DNA of 20,000 nucleotides from NCBI GenBank assembly GCA_002256025.1, contig NKIB01012878.1, positions 48,795 to 68,794 of the forward strand. Reading direction: 5' to 3'. The notes under the pieces are model-generated. The model was not told the origin of the DNA and made no database searches. It was given only the letters and a program-made list of their open reading frames with translations. The stretch is from Asterionella formosa. Its lineage: Eukaryota. Numbering within the stretch: the first letter of the stretch is position 1; each line of letters opens with the position of its first letter. Positions 10,245 to 19,606 of the stretch are shown in pieces. The translations under genes and the position numbers were made by a program.

Positions 10245-12433
10245 ATGGAACACAACAAGAACATTTGGAATGACAAATAGGATAGTCTATTTGGGTTTAT
10301 ACTAGAAGACGTATTAACATCGAGGAAGAAATTGAAACGACTCATTGAATCGGTTGAGAGCACATGTCTGTTTCCTTCAAAATCTGATGATTTCGAGAAG
10401 ATTTACAATTTCTCCGGAAAAAGAGTTCATATGTTAATTCCATTTTTTCCCCAATGAATTTATCAGAGAGGTCATCTTCTATGGCGAGTTCAAAACATTT
10501 GAACCATTTTTTCCAATGAAAAGCAGCGGGCTAGTATTCTTATTGATCATTCACCAAATCGAGAAGAAGTCAGTCGATCTCTCATGATAATGCACAATAT
10601 GTCCTGAGACGAGACAAGGGTACTTCTGCTACATTCAGATGCAAAGGCTAAGCTATCTATTTCAGAAAATGTCAACAACCCTACCCTAGATTACCTGATG
10701 GATGGAGATGATGATGACTTAGGTGCTGGATGGATAGATTCTGTTGTTCTTCCAAAAAAACAACAATATCAAGTAATGAAAAGATTTTAGACATTAATTT
10801 GTCACCAAGGATTGGTCATGAATAGGAACATCCCGGCCGATGACAAAAAAGGAATCTTTTTTCATGCTACTGAAGATCAACCTGTTTTCGAAAATCAAAC
10901 TTCTTTTCAGGATATGGTGGAAGAGATCAAGTTGTTGAAGAACAAAAATACCATAATCAGCCAGACCATGTTCGACCTTTCCCAATTCGTTATGCCCAAT
11001 GACCGGGATGATTGGAATGGTATTTTTATTGAATCATATGAAGCTGAAAAAGATTCTGACAATACTTCCATCATGGAGAATCCCGAGGACAGTTCATATA
11101 CAGGGGAAAGTGACAATACTTCCATCATGGAGAATCCCGAGGACAGTTCATATACAGAGGAAAATGCATGTTAATTATAACAATTATGTCAACTCATGTC
11201 TCCCATTCGAACATTCATTTACGTGAACATTCCCAAAATGAAGTCACAATTCGAGCGATGGGAATAACTTTATTCTCGAACTTCCCACGAAGTCTGTACT
11301 TATGCTGCGAAGACTTATAACTTGTTACATTTCAAAAAAGAAATTGAGGAGTTTGAATCTCTTGCATATTGGGATTTTCAAAAAATTCAAAATCTCATTC
11401 GATGCATTCATCACACATGAACTCCATCCAACCAATTTGAGTGTTTTTGTCAACTAATGGATTGTGGTAGAGACACATATAGTCGCAATTGTCACCCATT
11501 GTATATTGAGTGTACCTATGTGATTATAGTGTACTGCAAGAGATCATCTTGTGGAAATAATCATTTTGTTCATTACATATTTGGACTTGCTCAAGGAAGG
11601 GATATGTCCAATCCGCAATCCAGCAGAAGCAGCCACAGTTCATGAACATCTCGATCAAGTATTTCACCTTGCCCATAAATATTGAATCCTCCCTGGATGT
11701 AATAGGGAAAAAGAAATAGCATCATGGGATGCCTACTTTCCGAGCCATGCTTATAAGCCACAACAGGTCATTCAGAGTGAGAGTTTCTATCATTCTAAAA
11801 AAGCTCCATAGCAAGTTTTTATGGCAACTACACATCATGAATCACTATTATACCAGCCAGAAGGTGATACTGGATGGTCCTGCGGACCATTCACTGTTGT
11901 GAAATTTTTAGAAAGTCTACTTCAATTGGAAAGAAATGGTGAAACCAAACTTTTTGGATGTCAGGATCGATTCCGTCTAGAGAACTGCAATTGGAAGCAG
12001 TTGTACGGCATGATAGTATCATCATATCATGTGGGCAATCCATCGAAAGTACCTCATGTAAAGAAGGTGAACAATTTTTTGGACTTGGAACCGTTTGGTC
12101 TAAAAACTCGTTGAAGGTTCTTACCAAGAAGGAGAACAAGGTGCAAATGGAAAAAGCTTTAGTTGCCTTCTGCATAAGAAAGTCGTGCAGAATAGTTTTA
12201 TGGACTTGAAAATGTTAAGTGAAAAATTTGTAAAGGCCCCTTGCAACTTCTTGAATGACAAGGAAGCTGACGCCTAACTTAACCGTGGTGATGCCACAGC
12301 TGAAATTTCCCCTTTCAATTGGGAGTCAGTATCATTCGGACTCTCAAGTGACGTTGCTTTCAATGATAAATTTGCTCTCTTTGTCAACGCATTTGACAAC
12401 GCATTGCAGATTAGAGATCAGCTAAAATTTTAA
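10245..12433 (+). pseudogene. Ulp1/C48-like cysteine protease pseudogene, copy 2
   Basis: LEDVLTSRKKLKRLIESVES..DDFEKIYN; SYEAEKD; LAYWD; YVIIVYCKRS..NNHFVHY (His 11562); IRNP; DQVFHLA; YQPEGDTGWSCGPFTVVKFLESLLQLERNG (Cys 11881). All collinear with copy 1, with many stops and frameshifts. Confidence 0.75.
11057..11164 (+). repeat. 54-bp in-frame tandem duplication
   Basis: tgacaatacttccatcatggagaatcccgaggacagttcatatacag is identical for 47 nt at 11057 and 11111, encoding DNTSIMENPEDSSYT twice. Confidence 0.97.
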
Positions 12434-12509
12434 AGATAAGTGTTGCAAAATAAGATTGCAGTGCTTTGTACTATGTACTGCATGACACATTATTGAATAT
12501 ACACATATA

Positions 12510-13514
12510 TACCGGTATTTGGTATTTATTGACGAAAAAGCAATACTGGGACATTTCGTTATATTCTTTTCTATTCATATTGCTGCCCACAAATCGATCC
12601 CTCTACTCTATTTTGCCTTTTGGCCCAATCAATGGCATTACGAAGCAAACTTTAACTGGTGCTCGGTATGCAAATATAAATTTCGGAAGAACAAATCTCC
12701 CTCTGACTTTCACAATCGAAAGTGCAACGATCGACAATTTTACGATTTTAGTTTGTGCCATCACTGTTTGTGGAAGAACATCGCATTTCTGGAATTTGCA
12801 ATGAAACTAGGATCACTCTCTGCTTCTTTGCCTAACTGCGCCATGAGTTGAAATAACCGGGAGATACATCGGTTAGCAAACCAATCTGCATTCACATCCG
12901 ATATGCCTACGGAGTTGCAACTTGCAGATATGGCTGGGTGTTTTATGATAGCATGTTTGGGAAATGCAAAAATAGGCTTAAGTGACATCCTTTTAGTAAC
13001 AAAACATCCATGATTGTAAGTCTGATGTATAGCAATACATCACTTACCTGTTCACAGCAAAATTTCTTGGTTTTGAATGTTGCCCTTTATAGTGACTCAG
13101 GTCAGATAAGATTTTATAGTAAGAACAAACAAGGTCATTGTGGATTTCTTGAAGACTGGTGTTCTCATGGGTGGTCTCAATAGCAGCAACCTTTCTTGAA
13201 CCGGAATCGAGTGAATCATCATCTTCATTCTCACTGGCAGAATTCAAGACAGAATCTACAGGAGTAGAACGATTGAAAGAAGCCTTTGTAATATCAGTAG
13301 TAAAAGGAGGATTTACGTTTATTGGAACATACGGGGTGGAAGGTGTTGCACCACCAAAGGCGTCATGAACAGTATACTGCTTTTGCCTTTTATTAAAATA
13401 ACTGGTAGGAAAGGTTCCAAAATCAGCTATCACTCGCTTTGGAGCCAAATCCGGAACTCTCCTTGCAACTGGCGCATCTCGCACTGGTTTTGTAATCAAT
13501 GCTTTTGGAGGCAT
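12510..13514 (-). pseudogene. Family-X paralog B, 3'-truncated
   Basis: ORFs 13044-13514 and 12761-12988 plus a stop-interrupted continuation (..FRL*KSEGDLFFRNLYL..IEKNITK). Homologous to paralogs A and C. Confidence 0.7.
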
Positions 13515-13999
13515 GATTGTATAACAGGTGTAGTAACAAAGGACAAGAAGTATATGATGAAGTGTCGCTAAAAATTAAGAGAAATGGGAGATCGTACATT
13601 ATGCTCTTACAATTACCGTAGTTGCAATGGACAAATAACATACTGGTAGCTACTTACACACTTATGGATATAAAGATGGTAGATGGAAGTTTCTGTACAT
13701 CAATGCCTTCACGATTTATTGAGGAATAGGGAAACTGAACATGGATTCACATCATTGTTGCGGTAAATGACCTTACCATCATGATAGGAACTGCCTGTTG
13801 TATTAAAAGCTAGACAAGACAAACCTAACACACAATTCCTTCCCATTAGTTAATGCAGTGAACAATTGAAATGGATCGTTTGACACATTGTGATGGTAAA
13901 TCCTGTGTGACAGAATACATCTATTCATGGTAAGTGAAAATCGAATGGAACTGCATGTTGTTGCATAAGAATAATATGATTAATATGTATTTGCTTCGC

Positions 14000-14520
14000 A
14001 GTTGTTACAACATTAACATGAATACTAATAATGAAGGAAAGCTCTGATTCAGAGAAGAAGGGAATGAGGAGACGAGGAAACCCGCCGCTATCAGCGACAT
14101 CAGTTTATCCTTCAGAATCAGACAAGTACAAGGGAAAGGACGAAGTGGGTAGTTACAGTTGTGTCAGAAACGGGGTAGCAGGGAAGCAGCAGACAAGAGA
14201 TTGAACAGGAGTGAGACAGTGTGAGATAACTCTTTATATAGATAGATTGAAACAATTCTAAATTTAGTTGTTAAATTACAATCCGTTTCCACATCTTTTG
14301 GACAAATACTTTCATAGAGATACGATGGTAACAACATGACTATAAGATGAACAAATACACAATATTGGATGTAGCTACGGTAAATCGATCATGATGGTCT
14401 TGTAAATACCATTAGTAATTCATGGTCATGAGAAGAGTGATTGAAATTCAATGAGAAGTAGTGATTTCGACTTGAGTTGTTGTTACTCAATTACTGTATT
14501 TGTATGATTACTTTGTGGTT
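14000..14520 (-). promoter_or_regulatory. Non-coding block copy 3, upstream of X-B
   Basis: Diverged inverted match to 9560-9990, e.g. rc ttctcattgaatttcaatcactcttctcatgaccatgaattactaat vs ttctcatattattttcaattctcgtgatgtaaaattattagt, and rc cccttcttctctgaatc vs tcctcttttctgaatc. Confidence 0.55.
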
Positions 14521-14613
14521 ACCGTTATGAGTCAAGATGGATCAATATTAGAACAATATGATCAAACATTATAAGTATAAACATGCTTATCAAATATTCA
14601 TATATAAAGTATG

Positions 14614-15101
14614 TACCTGTAAGACAAATAACAAAATGCGTATCAAGCACAGAAAAATTCTGTGCCAGTTATCGTACGATACCCCTGATCTTATATGCAC
14701 GATGCTTTTTATTTGCAGATGTATCTGGAGTGGCATTGAAAGCATCAAACACTTATGTGCATTTCATTCCCATAATGAAAGAATTTTGCACATTGATGGA
14801 TTCCTCTGCCACCAAACACCGAGCTATACTTTTGCAGAACTTCCTTCTTGACTTGATCACCGCAGAAAAAGTAGAACAGGTCAATAACCTCAAGAAGAAG
14901 GAATGTCCAAAAGGCAAAAGGGTGTCATCTGCACCCCCAACAAACAAAAAACTTAAAACACATAGCAACAAGCATTAAAGAAATAATCAGATTACCTGTA
15001 ACACAAATAACAAAATGCGTTTCATGCTCAGAAAAAATCTGTGCCAGTTATCGTACTACAATAACCCTGATCTTATATGTATGATACTTTTTATTTGCAG
15101 A
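14614..15101 (+). repeat. Pair of ~106-109 bp direct repeats (14614-14719 and 14993-15101) flanking an ORF fragment
   Basis: tacctgtaa.acaaataacaaaatgcgt....ctgtgccagttatcgtac....ccctgatcttatatg....tttttatttgcaga is present twice with scattered mismatches. Confidence 0.92.
14719..14978 (+). pseudogene. Orphan C-terminal coding fragment, possibly the tail of a transposase
   Basis: Open frame ..YVHFIPIMKEFCTLMDS..LLDLITAEK..KGKRVSSAPPTNKKLKTHSNKH* with a basic NLS-like tail, beginning just after ttttatttgcag. Family assignment is uncertain. Confidence 0.3.
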
Positions 15102-16132
15102 CATATGGTCTGCTATGTATGTTTGGCATTCGGCATACATACTTCTAGGTACTACCAGTACTTGCATGTGTGAATGTACTGCTGCCTGTGGTATGGGGAT
15201 GATGAGACAGCAAATCCATCTTGACCATGACGAAACTATTGGACTCAATATCTCCACTAATATTGACAAAGAACAATTCCTATCTCGCACGTAGATTTAG
15301 AATAACATAGACGATATAGTTGCTCAAGAATAGAATTTTTTGCAGTAGCTAGTAAAGACAACAATAATTTGAAATCGCCGCTTCAAGTTGTTTCCGGTCG
15401 TCGTTCGCTCAGTTTTGAGGATACGAACAAAAACGAGGCATCGTTGAGTCCGCGGTGATTAGCTTGATAAATTCTATTAAATTATTATTTCTACCTAGTG
15501 TAAAAATGAATGAGAAAAATTGCGCAATAGAAATCTCGGAAAGAGCACAACATCTCGAAATGCATGAAATTGCATAAGGTAGCATTATGTACTGACTATC
15601 ATGTACATACTAATCGTCGTGGTTCATATTTCTATAGAATCTTGATAAGGTGGTCATTTTGCAGTTTGATATAGACATACATATAGACATTCAACAATAC
15701 CTGCTTGTTCTTTTGGAAACTAGATATTTCGCATTGCTAGAGGAAGAACTTCCCCAAAAAGCCATTCTGCATTTAGAAACACTTTTGTGCAAGGATGGTA
15801 ATGGAACCAGCCAATCTGTTCTCTTCTGGACCTTTCTATTCATCTACCTTTTCCTACCTGCTGAGTTTGCTACCTTCCTTTCAAGACTCAATTCTCTTGT
15901 ATTTTACTACACCATCAAGTGACATTCTTATTGTAATCTTTACTCATTATCAACGCTAGCATTAAACCCAGCAAAGACTAGCGAATAATGAACCAGAATA
16001 CACTTAAATCTAAATCGCTCAAGGGTACTAGCTAGCTAACAAGACACAATTGTCTATGCAGTCTCAAGTCTTCTCAAATGCCCCCTTTCCAAGAGTAGAT
16101 AAACCCAGTGAGCAAACATAGTTTAATAAAAA

Positions 16133-16610
16133 TTATATCACTCTTTTTATTTTCCCTGAACATGTGTGGACTTGAATTCCCACCAAAGCAAGCAACTCAG
16201 GGCAAAGTTTACACTTTCTAAGAACTGGCTGGGCATTCTCAACATTGTCCACATCATCAGCAATAACATCCCCCACATCAATTGCTTCCTTTTGAGTACA
16301 GAAAAAACCAGGCACTCCAAATCCATATTTTCTCTTTCTCTGAATTGCAAGATCCAAAGAGTTGTCCAGTACCTCCTCCTCCTGGCTGCATGTCAGCATA
16401 CCTCCCATTTTCTGGCAATTGCAATTAAATATCACATGTATGCCCATTGTTTCTAGCCTTGATGCCCCCGCAGACTTGCCCATGATTGAGTGTCCTTTTC
16501 ATGCTGTTAAGTTTTTGTTTTTAGTGAGGCATTTTGCTCTTGTCTATTGCATTTTTGAACATGCATTGCCTACCAATTCAGGAATAGTTCAAGTGAAATT
16601 CATGGAAATT
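16133..16610 (-). pseudogene. Degraded fragment with CCHC-like zinc-knuckle motifs, probable TE remnant
   Basis: RKCKLCPELLALVGIQVHTC in ORF 16133-16483, and (G)QVCGGIKARNNGHTCD in another frame upstream. The region contains very few CpGs. Confidence 0.3.
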
Positions 16611-17135
16611 CAATACCGGTAGTAGTCCTAGGCATGTACCTGCTACCAGTAGAACAACACGGGACATTTTTATGTTCCGGTATTGTCGAAACACTGATGC
16701 CGCGTGAGCATGCTCTCGCTGTGGCTGTCCGTCTGTCGTCATGATCTTGCAAACTCCAACATCATACATAGAGGCAACGCAATTATTGGTACAGGTAATG
16801 TTGAAAGGTACCGGTACCAGCATGGCGCAAGTTCCATGCTTGTTTGTCACTGCAATCGTAACATAAAACTCCTTGACAGTAACCTCCTCCTTCTTCTCCA
16901 TATCCTTGCTCCCTCTCGTCGCATACTAGTACTCTTCGCACTGTTAAAAGTTCTATTCATTCTATCAATTGACTCCGAACAAAAACAAAGAGCCAGAGAC
17001 ACTCTTTTTGAAATATACTCTCTCAAGGGTTCGTCACAGCAGAGTTCAGTTCAGCACAGCAGTACCGCATCCAACTTTCATCACGGCAACCCAAACAAGC
17101 AAACACGTCTAAAAGAAAACAGTAAAAAATCCAAA

Positions 17136-17705
17136 ATGTCCGCCACTAGTGTTCGCATCATGAAGGCACTCATGAAATTGCCCCGAGCTGTGTCACCTCA
17201 AATCAAGGAAGCTGCCAAAAAGACGAAATGGAACATTGTCCGAGGCGACAAGGTCCAGATCCTTCGAGGCCATCCAGAAGCTGGGAAGCAGGGGATTGTT
17301 AAAAAGGTCATTCGAGCCGAAGATCGAGTCATTGTAGAAGGAGTAAATGTCTCGCCCCGACGAGTCAAGGGAGATCCGGACAGGGGGATTAAGGGAATCA
17401 CTGTCATGACAGAAAAGACCATCCATTACTCAAAAGTCAATTTGGTTTGTCCCGTCACCAATAAACCCACGCGAGTGTTTCGCAAGATTCTGGAGGATGG
17501 GACGAAAGTTCGTATTGCTAAAAAGTCGGGAGCCATTATTCCCAAACCAGCCATTCTTACCATGTCAAGACGTACTCCCACTGCACCTGCCACACTCGAT
17601 TGCACATTGGATGAAGATGTCTGGGAAACAACCTTTGTGCATCCGGCACTAAAGTACGCGGCGGCATTGAAAAATGAGACGACTACTACAGATGCAAGTG
17701 CATAA
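17136..17705 (+). CDS. MRPL24: Ribosomal protein uL24, nuclear-encoded mitochondrial type (189 aa)
   Basis: KWNIVRGDKVQILRG..GKQGIVKKV..RVIVEGVN (KOW motif)..EKTIHYSKVNLVCP....PTRV....EDGTKVRIAKKSGAII. Likely start ATG 17136 in an aaaATGtc context. Basic, Ser/Thr-containing N-terminus and a C-terminal extension are consistent with uL24m. Confidence 0.95.
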   Translation: MSATSVRIMKALMKLPRAVSPQIKEAAKKTKWNIVRGDKVQILRGHPEAGKQGIVKKVIRAEDRVIVEGVNVSPRRVKGDPDRGIKGITVMTEKTIHYSKVNLVCPVTNKPTRVFRKILEDGTKVRIAKKSGAIIPKPAILTMSRRTPTAPATLDCTLDEDVWETTFVHPALKYAAALKNETTTTDASA

Positions 17706-17944
17706 TAGAAAGTCGATTGGAGGAGGCGAAAGTGTGCGACAGACTAGAAATTAATGAGCACGAAAAATGAATTTCTCTTATTTTTAATAGGCTGTAGGAT
17801 CACATGAATTATTTCGTGAATGTCACTTGTATAAGATTTGACAATTTTTGAATTTGCATGCACGACCTTACGTGTAAATTCCTTCCCTATATTATATGTA
17901 CTATTGTTTTTGAGCTACTCTCTGTGTTGGTCTTTTATTTTCCT

Positions 17945-19606
17945 TTACTTCCCCACTGTTGGGTCATAATACGTTTGAATGTATTGAATCAAAACTTTTG
18001 GTACTGCTGTTCCACCATCGTGATTCATTTGTATTCTATCATTGAGTTTCTGAGCCACCATGGTATGCCAAGGATTAGGACTACCACCATTTGATGTTAC
18101 ATTGTCCTTCATCATTTCTTGGACAACATGTCCCAACGCATTCAAGGACAGCGTAGGTCCTACTACCAATGATGCCATTATAGCCGCAAGGAGTGTTGTG
18201 ATACAGCATGATGGTACTTTTGGAATAGTACCAATGGCATCCAATGTGAAAAATACAGTTATGGACATGGCACGTGGGTCTGTGATGTTTGTTTCGTTTT
18301 CTTGTTCCATTGCTTGAGCCAACACATTTGCCAAATGCAACAGCAAATGAGCAATTGATTCCTTGATTTCCTTATTGTTATTGATATTGTTATCATCATT
18401 CACCATTGCTGATGATAATGGCACTGTCGCAGCAAATGAAGCAAATGCTGTAAAGAGTGAAGATACTGTTGAATGGCACAAGCGAATTCCAAAGCAATCT
18501 TGAATGACTTGGATTGCCATGGAGGCTAATGAGACGTGCTGAAGGACAGTATGAATCATGGTACTTTCGTCAAATGATGTTGTCCCATCTGCCCTCAATG
18601 TGACAGCATCTAAATGATCCAAACTATATTCGACAATATCATGACCTAATTTCTGAAGTAAAAGAAGAAAGGAATCCACTTGTTCTTGTTGATGTAGTAT
18701 AGCTGCGGGCAATATCATGGTACCATCATCATTGTTGTGAACAGTGTTGCCGCTTAAAAATTCATGGAGCAACCATGCTTGCACATGTTCGCGTAATGTC
18801 GACGGAGAGGATGGCATTGGAGTCAAGGCCCCCAAATGTTTCATAAGTAACAAAAGGAAGGATCGATGTACGGCTTTCGATGTTTTTTCATCGTCATGAC
18901 GTGATGGTTCGTTATTATTGGGGTTGTCATTGCTGTGACGAATACTCAATTCATTCAAGGCCCGAGGTAACAAAAGTTGAACCAATTGAATAGTCTCCCA
19001 TGCATTCAGTAGAAACAGCATTTCCCCATTGTCATCCAACTGTTCCAATTGCAATTGAAGAATTTGGAAAAGTGCTTTACCAACCCTTGAATCGTCGTTG
19101 CCGGCGCACACCAACGATGCCAATCGGTCTACCATTGCATCCAATTGTTCCATGGACAAGTGAGGATGACATGATAGTAGGACACCATCAGTACCAAATG
19201 ATTTCCCCTCCGTGTGTTGCCGTGTCTGTGCACGCAATAGCAGTGTGCTTAGTATCTGACATGCAGCAAAAGCAGTACTTTCATGAATGGGTGCCAATGT
19301 TCCATCATCGTGACTTATCATGAAGGTATCCATGTGAGACCACAAGGTAGTCACAATTGCCACAAAGGGATCGACGACGGATAATAAGGCTGTCTTAGTA
19401 GTAGTCTTGTGATGTCCCATTGTAATCAAGTATGAATGAACCGCGCGATCCAAGCGACGAAAGGAGCGACGAAGTTCGTATCCACAACTTTGTCCCTGTT
19501 GTTGTTGTTGTTGTTGTTGTTGTGTCTCACTGTTTGTTGTATAGGCAAGTAGGTCTAACAGAGACCCAAGTGCCATTTGAACCTCCAGGTCGGAAGCTTC
19601 TTGCAT
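17945..19606 (-). CDS. Hypothetical Leu-rich protein (~553 aa) with poly-Q and Asn-rich inserts
   Basis: Uninterrupted 567-codon ORF. The first in-frame ATG is at 19606 (MQEASDLEVQMALGSLLDLL). Convergent with uL24m across a ~240-bp gap. No domain recognised. Confidence 0.8.
   Translation of the reverse strand: MQEASDLEVQMALGSLLDLLAYTTNSETQQQQQQQQQGQSCGYELRRSFRRLDRAVHSYLITMGHHKTTTKTALLSVVDPFVAIVTTLWSHMDTFMISHDDGTLAPIHESTAFAACQILSTLLLRAQTRQHTEGKSFGTDGVLLSCHPHLSMEQLDAMVDRLASLVCAGNDDSRVGKALFQILQLQLEQLDDNGEMLFLLNAWETIQLVQLLLPRALNELSIRHSNDNPNNNEPSRHDDEKTSKAVHRSFLLLLMKHLGALTPMPSSPSTLREHVQAWLLHEFLSGNTVHNNDDGTMILPAAILHQQEQVDSFLLLLQKLGHDIVEYSLDHLDAVTLRADGTTSFDESTMIHTVLQHVSLASMAIQVIQDCFGIRLCHSTVSSLFTAFASFAATVPLSSAMVNDDNNINNNKEIKESIAHLLLHLANVLAQAMEQENETNITDPRAMSITVFFTLDAIGTIPKVPSCCITTLLAAIMASLVVGPTLSLNALGHVVQEMMKDNVTSNGGSPNPWHTMVAQKLNDRIQMNHDGGTAVPKVLIQYIQTYYDPTVGK
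19497..19523 (-). repeat. (CAA)n microsatellite encoding poly-Gln
   Basis: (tgt)9 on the + strand, within ETQQQQQQQQQGQ. Confidence 0.95.

Larger units (their letters stand above)
1780..14560. mobile_element. Decayed giant Plavaka/CACTA-like DNA transposon island (single element or nested relatives); boundaries approximate
   Basis: Contains a transposase pseudogene, two Ulp1-like protease pseudogenes, three family-X paralogs and three copies of a non-coding block, all with comparable decay (stops, frameshifts). No TIR/TSD pair confirmed. Confidence 0.6.

Noticed and set aside
3221..12433. Stop-codon reassignment as an explanation for the in-frame stops
   Set aside because: Stops are TAA, TAG and TGA, align with different residues in the paralog (e.g. 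TTG/TAG, TGC/TGA, GAA/TAA) and coexist with frameshifts. This fits ordinary decay.
708..15101. CRISPR-like array suggested by direct repeats
   Set aside because: Only two-copy duplications without unique regular spacers, no cas genes, and a eukaryotic context.
15740..15840. EQIGWF on the minus strand resembling a non-LTR retrotransposon C-terminal motif
   Set aside because: It is only a short motif, with no supporting flanking motifs or RT/RNase H sequence.
16704..17135. 144-aa N-terminal extension of the uL24 ORF in the ORF track
   Set aside because: It starts at a non-ATG codon, has no L24 similarity and crosses a GTAC repeat and promoter/5'UTR-like sequence. ATG 17136 has a good context.
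17193..19323. Short antisense ORFs overlapping uL24m and the 553-aa gene (17193-17426, 17198-17422, 17858-18094, 18060-18317, 19000-19323)
   Set aside because: These are shadow ORFs of real genes with no independent evidence.
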